Shown piece by piece: positions 17,975-33,234 of a stretch of 64,000 bases of DNA; the first letter of the stretch is position 1; the number at the start of each line of letters is the position of its first letter. Made by a program: the position numbers and the translations under genes. Location: NCBI RefSeq assembly GCF_009914755.1, contig NC_060944.1, one strand, 5' to 3'. A model generated the notes under the pieces. That model had not been told where the DNA came from. It did no database searches and saw only the letters and a program-made list of their open reading frames with translations. Source of the stretch: the human T2T-CHM13v2.0 reference genome, Homo sapiens.

Positions 17975-18830
<856 letters not shown>

Positions 18831-19775
18831 AAACTGTCAGGGTTCCAAGAGTGATTGTGGGTAAGATGGGCCATAGAGAAAACAGGGACGCAAAAGACCA
18901 GGCCTGCTGGGGTGGAGAGACGCTGGTCTCTGTTAGCTGTGCTTTTGCGGTAGAGAGGTGAGGCTCTGCAGATGGAGGAGGGTGGAAGGAGGAGATGGGA
19001 ATTTCCATGCTTCTGGAGTGTATAACTGAGTGTTCAGGGCCCCCTCTCTGGGAGAGCAAGGCTGATGTGAAGGAGGAGAGGATTCAGATTCATTCTGGAC
19101 ACACTCAACTTGAATGGCCTTGGCACTCCCTGGCACAGCTGCCTAGTGCACTGGGACTCTTGAGATAGTAGGTGATACTCCCTCCTAACTGCTTTCAGTG
19201 CCTGTGCACTGTAAAATTATCTGCCCATGGGCCAGTCTGGAGGGACTTCATGAGAAATGGGATGCTATGGGCAGGAAGAAGGTGCCTCTGTTCCCATTGC
19301 TGCTTAGAGCAGCCCCAGGAAGCTGAGGATCCTGAGAGGAGGCAGCCTTCCTTGGATCTCCTTTCCTCAATCCCTATCCTCCCTCCACGAGCTAAGGTAC
19401 CTAAGTTACATTTTGCCAAACTGTGCCCCACTCAGCATCTGTCCTCCCATGCCTTGGACTGTCCCGCCCTGCTCCTTTGCTCACAGAGGGTCCCTTCACC
19501 AGAAAGCTCTGTATTTCCTTGCCACTAAGCGACTCTCACCACCCATCTAGACGCAGGCAACCTTAGTGTCTTCCAGAAAGGCCCCCAGATTGCCTCCCAG
19601 AAGGCAATCACTTTCTCCTTAATCCAGAAACCATGGTAACAAAATTGGCATGGGCCCACCCCAAGATCAAAAAATACCTCATGCCTGTCAGCTCCTTGGC
19701 TCCTACCCGGAGCACATTGAGTATCACATCCTATTTTTATGGGTAAAACAACTGCCATGTAAAAGGCAGTTAGTG

Positions 19776-20115
<340 letters not shown>

Positions 20116-20273
20116 TCAGGCACCCTGGTTTCAGGCCGCGGCCTCAGCACTGCCTAGCTGGGAGGTGAGTGCAGGCAAATCTCCACCTCTCTGTAACATG
20201 GGGCATTTACATTTGGGAAATAGGAACCTCCTTCATACTGGTTTTGAGGATTCAGTCAGCTAAAGGATAGCTA

Positions 20274-21148
<875 letters not shown>

Positions 21149-21705
21149 ATATGAAGTACCTGCTCAGGCCTGGCCATGGTTAGCACTCAGTAAGGTCAGC
21201 TGTTAGCATCAGAATCATTACCGAAGGGAGTGCATCATAGCTTCTGTACCAGGCTCCAAGGACAGAGCTAGCTCCCTGAGCTTTATGGCTTTGTCTTCAT
21301 CAGCCTGACACCTTTTTAACTTCTTGGCTTCTGTGGATGTTTGGGTCCGAGGTAGATGCAGATCCTTGAGGCCCTGAATGCCCCCACTGAAGGGTTTGTT
21401 TGTTCCAAGTCTACAAACCATTGAATGGTTTCAGGTTGTGGTGCCACTGAATGGTTTCAAACAGTGACATGATTGGATTCCTCAAATGGCTGGGGTGGAA
21501 GAGGGACAAGAGGTCGGAAGGCCAGGGGGCATCTGTGGTAGTCTCAGGGAGGCTGGCTCCAGATCACGGGGAGAAGGTAAGGATGGGAGGGGCCTGGCTG
21601 TGAAGGGCAGAGGAGGATCCCCAGAAGGACTTGGGAGGATGCTGCCGTGAGAGGGGCTGCCAGTCCCTCTTGCTGGAGTTTGAAAGTAAAGTTTGATGTT
21701 GCTAA

Positions 21706-22038
<333 letters not shown>

Positions 22039-22768
22039 TGAGGGAGGTGGCTCTCCGACTGAAACAGTGGGAAAGGAGAGGGTCACATGGACTGTCAACA
22101 GAGAAGTGGCTTTGAGAAGGCAATGTGTCCCTGATCCTGACCTAGCTGCTTGGAATTCTCTTCCCAGCTGCTTCTGCCTTGGGAGAAAGAAGCAGAGGAA
22201 AGGAGGGAAGGATTTGAGGCTGGGTGGGTGGGAGTCTTTGAGCTGTTTTTATCATAGCATACAGATGAGTTGCCCAATTTAGCTGTGTGGTTTGACAAGT
22301 TACTTGCTGGCTGGGAGAGGGAGTGGGATCTTAACCAGCCCTCAGCCCTTCCACTAATGAGCCTTTTCCCTAGCTTGGCAGTACCAGCAAAGGGAGTTAA
22401 GGGAGTCTGCCTTTCTCTGGGGTCAGCTTCATCCATTCATGGGGGCCTTGAGCCCGGCCCCACTGTCTTTGCTGTAAAGCCTGAGCCATGGCTTCCAGGT
22501 TGTCTGTGGCCCCAGGGCACCTGTTCCTCTTGAGGAGTGTAGACCGCCTCTCCTTTGCCCCCTCAGGCACCTGGGAGCCAGCAGGCATGAGGCCCGTGTT
22601 AGGCCTCAGGACCAAGTTCAGCCTGGCCTCCAAGACACATGCAGGGGGCTAGCTTCTTGAGGTTGCTGTGTCCTCCGCATCCCTCGGGAAATGGAGTCAC
22701 AGCCACTCCTGAGTATTTGAAGCTCTGTTTGGCCAGCTTATAACCTTTACAATAAAAAACAAAATGCA

Positions 22769-23061
22769 GGCCGGGCACGGTGGCTCACGCCTGTAATCCC
22801 AGCACTTTGGGAGGCCAAGGTGGGCGGATCACGAGGTCAAGAGTTCAAGACCAGCCTGACCAACATGGTGAAACCCCATCTCTACTAAAAAAAAAAAAAA
22901 AAAAAAATACAAAAATTAGCCAGGCATGGTGGTGCATGCCTGTAATCCCAGCTACTCAGGAGGCTGAGGCCTGGGAAGTGGAGGATGCAGTGAGCCAAGA
23001 TCGCACCACTGCACTCCAGCCTGGGCGACAGAACAAGACTCTGTCTCAAAAAAAAAAAAAA
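22769..23061 (+). mobile_element. AluS with an expanded middle A-linker and an internal deletion in the right arm
   Basis: About 20 A in the linker; duplicated aaaatgcag flanks. Confidence 0.9.
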
Positions 23062-26000
23062 TGCAGAAACAAATTCATTCTGACCTGATAAATACAGTTT
23101 GGAGGATAAAATCTTGGGGTAGAAGACAGAAATAATGAGATAAAGGAAGCTTCTCTAGAAGAAGCAAGGACTTAGGTGCTGCGAGGTAGGGAGGCTGGGC
23201 TAGATACCTGGGGCTGGGAGCAGGCTGCACGGAGGATGCATCGCACAACTGGCTTGTGTCTGGGCTGTGGCATGAGGGACCTGCATGGCTGAGAGGGGGT
23301 CAGGAGAAGCAAGCATGCAGCCCATGGGGATGGGTGGTTTCACGTGCTGTGGTTTAGGGGCTGGCAGGAAGCATGGAGAACAGGGGAAGGGGGCTCCAGC
23401 AGAAACCCATGCATGTGTAAAGGCTTGGATGCACGGAGGTGTGCCGTGTTTGGGAATGGTGCACTGTGCATTTGGTTCTCTGAAGCTGGAAGGGGTATGC
23501 TGAGGGGGTGGGAGGGGCATGAGATGAAGCTGCTGAGATGGATGGGCAGGGACCAAGCAAAAAGGGCTCAGGTTTGGGAGGAGCCCTAGAACCTTGGATA
23601 CTAAAGTGTTGGGAGCCTTTGCTATATGGCCAAATAATCTGGGTTTTTGGCAACTGAGGGTTTTTGTAGTGATAATGAGGTTTATTTTCTCTTTCAACAA
23701 ATTATTGAGAGCCTTTGTGCTTGAGGCATAACCCCAATCCTGGCATGTGGCATGATTTGTCAGGACAGAGTTCCCTCAATTGCCCCAGGCCTGTAGCTGT
23801 CAGTTGACTCCTCCAAGCCCGTGGACTGATGTGGTCAGTGCTCTGATGGAGATTCCCAGGTGGAAGAAGAGACGGCAGTCGGGAGGCTCTCAGAGGAAGA
23901 AATTCTGAAACTTGTGGGTAGCTGAGGGAAGCCTTCCAGGCAGAAGAACAGTATGTGTGAAGGCCCCAGCGGGGGAGGAAGTGGCCGGGGTGAGGTATTG
24001 GAAGAGGTGGGGGTGAGGTATTTCCTCACTATATTTCCTGCATTCACACATTTGAAATGAGAGCTCTCCTGTACAAGGTTAGGTCCCATCTCCCTGCTTC
24101 AGGGAGGCAATACTCAGAGCTGAGGGGTGCCTGTCCCCCAGGGAGCCCCTGAAGCCCCAAAATCTTGTATGCTAGACAACACCACTTATCTGGCTGTGGC
24201 CTGTGTGTGCCTCAGGAGACAGAGGATCCAAGATCAGCTCACTTTCCTCTTACCGAATCAGGCCTGGACTTGCTTTCTGGCTGGGTTACTTTCCCTCTGA
24301 TGACTGGCTGCCTAGGCCAGGGCTCAGGGCGTCTGAGGGTGCTTAGTAGAACTCTGGGCCCAGCAGCTCTGAGAGAGAGGCTGGAGGGTCAGTCCTTTGT
24401 CCAGACCCTGACTGTGGGCAGTCCTGTTGTCTTCCATTGGGAAGAAGGTGTGCCTCTTCCCACCAGAACCTCGTGAATGCTGCATGCACACTCTTCATGG
24501 ACAGTGTCATCCCTACCCCACAGATGGGAACAAGGACTCTGGTGTCACACAGCCTAAGCTAGGCTTAGTGCCCAGTTCTTGCTCCCCCATACTAACTGCT
24601 ACCCTCCTAAGGGAGATATACTCCCTTAAACATTTTGAGCAAATTGAGGTTGGCTTCCGTTTTCTGATCTAGGGCAAAAAACCCCATTTGTTTGGGACTT
24701 TAGGTCAAACAAATCCATTCCTTTCCTGAAATCCTCAGTGAGTTAGTCCTGTCTCTGCTGGTGGCCATAGATTTCAAGAGTTGCTCTAAACAAACGTCCA
24801 GGTCTTGGTGGAAACTGTCCCTGGGCCAGTCAGAGAACCAGCCCAGACTCCCTGCCAGTGGCTGGGGAGTGGTAGAAATTTGGCTCGCCCCCCCATCCCC
24901 ACCCTACCCACAGGCCCAGTTGTGTCTGTACCAGAAATGAGGAGTGATGCCAAGCCTAGGCCTGGCCCAGCCTTAGCTTCTGCAATGCAACCTATGTAAT
25001 CACACCCATTTTACAAGGAGGAAACTGGGGCCATACAACAGGTCAGTGACAAGAGCTGGGACCTGAACTCAGGCTAGTCTGGTTCCACACTGCCCCCTGG
25101 CTTCTGGACCCTTACCACCAAAATGACTCTGAAACTAGAGAATTTCAGGATTTCAGACATCAGTGGAGAGGGCATTCGCAGAGGGGATCTTCCCTGCAGT
25201 CACAGTGATGGGAGGCTCCACACCCATCCTTGAGGGAGAAGATGAATGGGGCAGTGCTTTGAGTTTGTCAGGGGCTGTGTGAATGCAGTATGCTGTGACC
25301 CAGTGAGAATCCCTCCCGCCCTTCCGGAACAGAGGAGAGTTCTGAGAAGCCCAGAGGGCAAGCAGGAGCCTGGAAGCCAGGCCTCTGCCTCCGTCGAGGC
25401 CCTTTCTACTCCCACAGTCAGATTTTGGTTTGTTGTGCCCCTGCAGACTGGTCCCAGGGCCCAGCAGGATGCTGTAGGGATGTGGTGATGAGTGAAGGCC
25501 CCAAACACCGGCAGCCCAGCCCAGCCCAGCCCAGCGAGGAGGGGCCCAAGGCCTGGAGAGCAGAGTGAGGTGGCTGTGCCGTGGAGCAGATGCGGCTGCT
25601 GCTTACTCCTGCAACTTTGAGCAAGTTGTATAACCTTCCTGAGCTTCACGTGCCCCACCTGCAAAGTGGGCATAGTCACGATCTCCACCTCACAGGCTCT
25701 GAGGCTTACGTTAGAAAGCCGCAAAGCTGCTGAGCACAGCTTAGTAAATGACCCAGCTTTTGGCCCGCAGCCTGTGCCTTGTGGCCAGCTGAACGCAGTT
25801 GCTCCTCTTCGCTGAGCAGGCGTGTCCCTCCTCTCTCAGGATGATGTGTTGGAGAGCCATTCTTCTTTTGACCTGAGCCCTGCCTCCTGCCTCCCTGCTG
25901 CCTTTCTTCTGGCCCAGAGAGGTAGCTGTCCTTCTGCCTGTACACTGCTCTTAGGTTGGTAACCAGAGATGCAGGTGTCTGTCTGGGGGATCTCTGAGTT

Positions 26001-26269
26001 TTCTCAAGGCCTGAGCAGGACTGGGACATTTCAAACAGACGAGTAGGAAGTGAGTGCTCCTGGCTTGGAACTCAGAGCACTTTGTGGCCTCTGGACTAGG
26101 CTGGGCACAAGGCACAGCATCCAGTTCCCTGGGCTTAACATCGTGGCATGTGTTACTTTCAAAGAACTCACTGCAGAGCTGTTTCTCTGCTGATGAGGGC
26201 TCCTGGCTTTTCTGGAATCCACTAGAAGGCCTTGGTTTCATAGATGTCTATTGGATGAACAGATGGATT

Positions 26270-27150
<881 letters not shown>

Positions 27151-27695
27151 CAGATGGATGGTTTCTACAGTCCTTTGTCCACAGCTCCTGTGATACTGGG
27201 CCTTGTTTTGTGAGTTGCCTCTGGGCTATCACCATCACCATGATTGTAGCCCCTTGAAGGCACAGTTTATCTGGCTCATGGGCCCAGACCAGGGTAGGGG
27301 CTTGTTTCAGTCCTCACAGGGCAACAGGCAGTTGGAGTTAAGGTGCTGAGAAAGGCACTAGATCCAACGTCACCCTCCCAGCAAACAGCTACTGTTGGAA
27401 AAGCACTTTCTATTGCCAACAGAGTTCTCATCGTCTGAGAAGCAAGCAGTGGGCCTTTGGTGTTCTGGGCTCCTGCTGTGGGTCAGCCCCTGGCTGGGGT
27501 CAGGGTGAGATTCAGAGATGGTTCAGGTTCCTACCCATGGCAGGTCCTGGCTCTGGGAATCTCAGTGGAGAAAGTGGAGAACAGGGAGTTGGACCAGTGG
27601 AGAACAGGGAGGCAGACCACTGTACGGGTTTCACATAACGAGAAAGTGTTGGGGTGGGAATGGCAAGATAGGGAAAGGGGTTAGCTGGACCCTGA

Positions 27696-28169
<474 letters not shown>

Positions 28170-28560
28170 TAGCTGTTTTGGCATCTGCTCTGTTGTCACC
28201 ACCTCCCCACGGCACGGGTCAGGGTCTGTCACAGCCTCGTGGCCCCACGCACTTCACCTAGTACATGCCCCTGCTGGATAATAAGGTTTGTGTGTGACTG
28301 ATGTGGGGGATATCTTTGGCCAGTGGTGGCATCCCCTCAAGACTTTGTCTCGAATGAGGGTGGGTAGGGCCTGTGTGTGTCTGTCTTGGTCATTGCAGTC
28401 TTGACCCTCGTTCTCCCTGCTCCAGAAATCCTTGCGGACGGAATGGCTAAGCCCAGAGCTAGGGCCAAGTCAGGCAGGGCTTCTGCATTGGAAGGGGCTT
28501 GAGAGGGTTGGGGGCTTCACCATCTCACCTCTCCCCTGCCCTTCTCTCATCCATCTGCAG

Positions 28561-28922
28561 GTTCATCATGCCTAGTGGCGTATAAGAAGACCCCGCCACC
28601 GGTCCCTCCACGCACCACTTCAAAGCCGTTCATCTCAGTCACAGTCCAGAGCAGTACTGAGTCTGCCCAGGACACCTACCTGGACAGCCAGGACCACAAG
28701 AGCGAGGTGACTAGCCAGTCGGGCCTGAGCAACTCGTCGGACAGCCTGGACAGCAGTACCCGACCGCCCAGCGTGACACGGGGTGGAGTCGCCCCAGCCC
28801 CTGAGGCCCCAGAGCCACCCCCAAAACATGCAGCTCTGAAAAGTGAACAAGGGACGCTGACCAGCTCTGAGTCCCACCCCGAGGCCGCCCCCAAAAGGAA
28901 ACTGTCATCGATAGGAATACAA
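28561..28922 (+). CDS. DLGAP4: DLGAP4 internal coding exon (362 nt, phase 1 to 0): (G)SSCLVAYKKTPPPVPPRTTSKPF...KRKLSSIGIQ
   Basis: Pyrimidine tract and ctgcag acceptor end at 28560; donor CAA|gtaggg at 28923. Translation matches SAPAP4 and includes the TPPPVPPR SH3-ligand motif. Confidence 0.97.
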
Positions 28923-31028
28923 GTAGGGGCTCCTTTTGCACTCTGTGTCCTCAGCCCACTCCGTGCACCTGCCTGTGTGTAATTACATCTGGTAGAGGCC
29001 CACTAGGTCTCCTGGGAAAAGGTGGTTTGTCTCTCTATTTTGGGGGATCAGCCCCAAGTGGCCAAACCGAATTCCACCCATAGCCACGCCTCGCTGGTAT
29101 CTGTCCACACGTGCTGCTGGTCAGCAGCTGTGGGCATGTGTTTCTGCTCCTCCAGTGGGTTGTCCCAGTGAATGTAGTTACACTCAGCCAGCCATCTCCT
29201 GTCCACTGTTTGCCTGTCCACTGTCTGTCTGTCCACTCCACCCTTTGCCCTGCCAGCTGACCCGTGGGAGGCGGGACTGGCCTAACAGTTCTCTAATCCA
29301 AGGTCAGCTCGGGTGCGGAGGCCATAGCCCCGCTTGGCGGCAGGAGCAGCATGGAGCATAGACGCTGTTGGGCCAGGGGCCCAGGACCCAGGGCCCTTGA
29401 GCCATGGGGGTTGCTCGAGGGGAACTTTGCCCAGAGCCCTCTCGGGCCTTGGGGACAGGTAGGTGGCTTGAGGTACCAGGCCCATGTCATTGAGAAGGGT
29501 GATGCCGGTCTCACTGCCTCCCTCCATGGGATAGGGTCCAGGCGATGGTTCCCCAGGGTTAGGTGGCCAAAGTCAGCAGGCCCTCCATAGTCATGGCACA
29601 CAGCAGGGCAGGTGTGCCAGCTTCCCCTCCACTGCTTCATTGCACTCCTGCATGCACCCGATGTCAATAATCTGTCTTGTTTGCTGAGCTGGGGAAACTT
29701 GGGCCCTGCCTTGTAGTTTTTAAGAGTTTCTCTAAATCCAGATTGAGTGGACTCTCCCTGCCCTGGCTGGACCTGCAGACCAAACTAGGGCACGTTCAGA
29801 GCCATGAGGGAGGGGCAGCTACAGTGGGTGAGGGCGAGAGGGGAGACAGGGCCCCCCCAAGCCCAGGGGTTGAGTCAGGGAGGACGAGGCATTGTGTGTT
29901 GTGGCACAGGCTGCAAGGGACTCCTCCAGCCACCCCTGAGCAATTGGATGTGGCCCAGCTGATAACAAAGCACTGGAATGCAGGAGCGTGGGACACAAAG
30001 TGGAGCTTGAATGGAACAGAGAAGGCTCACTGAGCAATTTCTTGCAGTTGCCTGTATTTGTTTCCTCCAAGAGGCAGCTCTAGGCTTCCACTTCCCCATG
30101 TATAAACAGAGAGAGAGTTGGCCAGGAGACTCTGCTGCTGTTTTCTGGGCTTCTTAAGTGTCCAGTCCCTGCGCTGCACAGGTGGGATTCTCAGAAACAC
30201 AGAGAGTAGCCTGATCTTCAACCCTTGGTCCTGACCACCCATATCTTTGGGCAGCCCCACCCTCTTGCTGGCCAAACCAGACGCTCTTATCTTCCCGGAA
30301 AGCCTAAGAGTTAGGACTACCCTTGATTCCTTTCACCCAGAAAATGACACCGGGATAAGGACTCTCTTAGGCCTGTCCTGGGCGTCCCATTCCCTGGATT
30401 CACCCCAGCCCCATTCTTGGTCTCATTGCAGCTCCTTGGAGATCCAGTGGTGCTGCATTCCTTGAGCCGGCTTTTGCCGAGGGGAAATGTGGCTGCATCC
30501 CTGTCCCAGAAAGCTTCCCTGGCCCCTACTTCTCTCCACAAGGCCAAGAGACTGAAGAGTCCCCAGTTTCTGAGGATGCCCTGAACCCTTGGTGCCTCAT
30601 GCCCTAGATTGAGTGTGGGTTTCTCCCTCATTCTTGAGTGATGATAGGAAAGCTGGCCTGGCTGCCCCATGGCCCGGGACCTTTGTCCCAGAGAAGAAAG
30701 GCAGGCGCAGGGCATCACTGTTGTCCTGTTCCACTTCACAGGAGTGGAGGGAGTGACAGCTTTCCACTTGGCCCTGACCCCAGTCCTTCCTACTGCTCCC
30801 CAGGGCCACCCAGTGCTAAAGGTAACCTCAGCCAAGTGTGAATAACGTCCAGGGACTTCGGTGGCTCCTGTGGGTGGCAGTTTCTGAATCTAGAACTGCC
30901 GTCCAGGGTTTGCCCTTAGTGCAGGCGCCTCTGGCCTGCCCTCCAGGTTTCTGCCACAGGGTTCAGGGAGTGATCTTTGCCTCAAGACAGCCGCCAGCTT
31001 CAACTACACCAGATAACGGCTGTGGCTT

Positions 31029-31044
31029 TGTGTGTGTGTGTGTG
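31029..31044 (+). repeat. (TG)8 microsatellite upstream of the exon A pyrimidine tract
   Basis: Direct reading. Confidence 0.9.
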
Positions 31045-31097
31045 TTTTCTTTCTCTTTCGTCGTCCTTTTTTTTTTTTCTCTCTGATGCGTGTGAAG

Positions 31098-31177
31098 GAG
31101 AGGACTAGAAGGAACGGTTCCCACCTCTCGGAGGACAACGGACCCAAAGCGATCGATGTGATGGCACCCTCCTCAGA
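31098..31177 (+). CDS. DLGAP4: DLGAP4 mutually exclusive exon A (80 nt, phase 0 to 2): ERTRRNGSHLSEDNGPKAIDVMAPSS(E)
   Basis: Long U/C tract at 31045-31084, gaag| acceptor and GA|gtaggg donor. Open in frame with both flanking exons. I recall this peptide from a SAPAP4 isoform. Not shown in the ORF track. Confidence 0.85.
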
Positions 31178-31443
31178 GTAGGGAAAGCCAGTCATCTCCA
31201 CCCCATCCCACCTCCCGCCCACCTGCCCGCCCGCCCGCCTGCCCGCCTCCACGCGAATGAGCAGTGCCCGGCTTAACCTGGTCCGGCCTCGGGCCCACGT
31301 GCAGTGTCCGCATGCCTCGTGTCTGTCTGTCCACACGTCCGTTTGCGTCGTCCCACTAATGTGAATTTCAGCAGCAAGTGTGGTGTTTGTTTTTTATTTT
31401 TGTCTTTGTCTCCGTGCCGTTGCTGTCGTTGTCCTTCAATAAG

Positions 31444-31532
31444 GTTGACTGCATTCAGCCAGTGCCAAAAGAGGAGCCCAGTCCCGCTACCAAATTCCAG
31501 TCCATCGGGGTTCAGGTAGAGGACGACTGGCG
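31444..31532 (+). CDS. DLGAP4: DLGAP4 mutually exclusive exon B (89 nt, phase 0 to 2): VDCIQPVPKEEPSPATKFQSIGVQVEDDW(R)
   Basis: Branch-like cactaat near 31354-31360, U-rich tract, aataag| acceptor and CG|gtaagt donor. Encodes the GVQVE motif shared with GKAP. Confidence 0.93.
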
Positions 31533-32054
31533 GTAAGTCGGACAGAGGTGGCGGCTGCTTCTCCCCTCTCCTCTCCCTCCCTCCGCTCTCACCTCTCCTG
31601 CTCTCCCTAACCCACTTCTCCTTGCTGGATTTCTAATAACCAAGCTGGGTTTGGGTTGCGGGTGGTGGCCCAGGCATGGGAGGCTGGGCAGGGGCGGGCG
31701 GGTGGACAGATGAGCATTTGCTCTGTGAGACCAGTCACCCACGGGGGCCATGGCTGGGCCAGGACATGGCGTCAGCTGCCCTGATGCTGGTGGTCTTCCT
31801 GGCCCCACTGCAGTAAACAGGCAACCTTATGACCTTGTCCTCGTGTGTGTGTGCGTGTGGGCTTGGGCGGGATGGGGCAAGGGCTGAGCCAAGAATGAGA
31901 TGGGGGCTGTGGGACCCGCTTCAGGCGCATGGTGAGCAGATGATGCATCCGTTTCTCTGTCTCCCGTGTGTCCGGGTCAAGGCGGCCTCTGGTCTCTGGC
32001 CCTCTTGGTGACTCACTCCTTCCTGTCCCCACCCCATCCACCCCCTACCCACAG

Positions 32055-32467
32055 AAGCAGCGTCCCCTCTCACAGTATGTCCTCCCGACGGGACACAGAC
32101 TCGGATACCCAGGATGCCAATGACTCAAGCTGTAAGTCATCTGAGAGGAGCCTCCCGGACTGTACCCCTCACCCCAACTCCATCAGCATCGATGCCGGTC
32201 CCCGGCAGGCCCCCAAGATTGCCCAGATCAAGCGCAACCTCTCCTATGGAGACAACAGCGACCCTGCCCTAGAGGCGTCCTCGCTGCCCCCACCCGACCC
32301 CTGGCTCGAGACCTCCTCCAGCTCCCCAGCAGAGCCGGCACAGCCAGGGGCCTGCCGCCGAGACGGCTACTGGTTCCTAAAGCTACTGCAGGCAGAAACA
32401 GAGCGGCTGGAAGGCTGGTGCTGCCAGATGGACAAGGAGACCAAAGAGAACAACCTCTCTGAAGAAG
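32055..32467 (+). CDS. DLGAP4: DLGAP4 coding exon (413 nt, phase 2 to 1): SSVPSHSMSSRRD...RRDGYWFLKLLQAETERLEGWCCQMDKETKENNLSEE; start of the GH1/GKAP domain
   Basis: acag| acceptor at 32054 and GAAG|gtgggt donor. Overlaps ORF 31966..32595. Contains the family motif RDGxWFLKLLQAE. Confidence 0.97.
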
Positions 32468-32919
32468 GTGGGTGCCACATGGATGGTCCTTGGGCAAGGG
32501 TAGAAGGTGTTGGCAGCTGGTTTCAGCTGGTGGCCAGCAGCTTCCGAACTTCTGAGTGGGGGTCTCTTAGGTTCTCTTCTTGGGCTAGTTTTTGAGCTCC
32601 CTTCTTACTTTCTTCGCATTCTTCCATCCATCCACCTATTTAACCAAACCTCTTTCCAGAAAGGGTTGCTGGTGATAGCTGTTTGTTGTGCAGGCTGTGA
32701 GGCCACCCACACCTGGGTTTGAATCCCAGCTCCTCCCTTACTAGTGAAGTAACCTTGGTCAGGTTACTCCGAGCCCCCATTTCCTCATCTGTAAAATGGA
32801 GCTAATCCTCTGCTCACTATATGAGCATGTTGTAAGGATTGAATGTGGTCGTGCATGTGAAGGGCCTGATGACCTGTCAGACACAGAGAAAAGTGGGAGC
32901 CTAATTATGCCTTCAACAA

Positions 32920-33234
<315 letters not shown>

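Noticed and set aside
25500-26055. (GCCCA)4 repeat and donor GAA|gtgagt at 26050 as an alternative first exon
   Set aside because: No CpG island or other promoter evidence; isolated donors are common.
29257-29302. Acceptor-like tgccag| at 29256 with donor AAG|gtcagc (46-nt exon)
   Set aside because: Frameshifting and weak; the tract is explained as well by selector S1 or YCAY repeats. A poison exon cannot be fully excluded.
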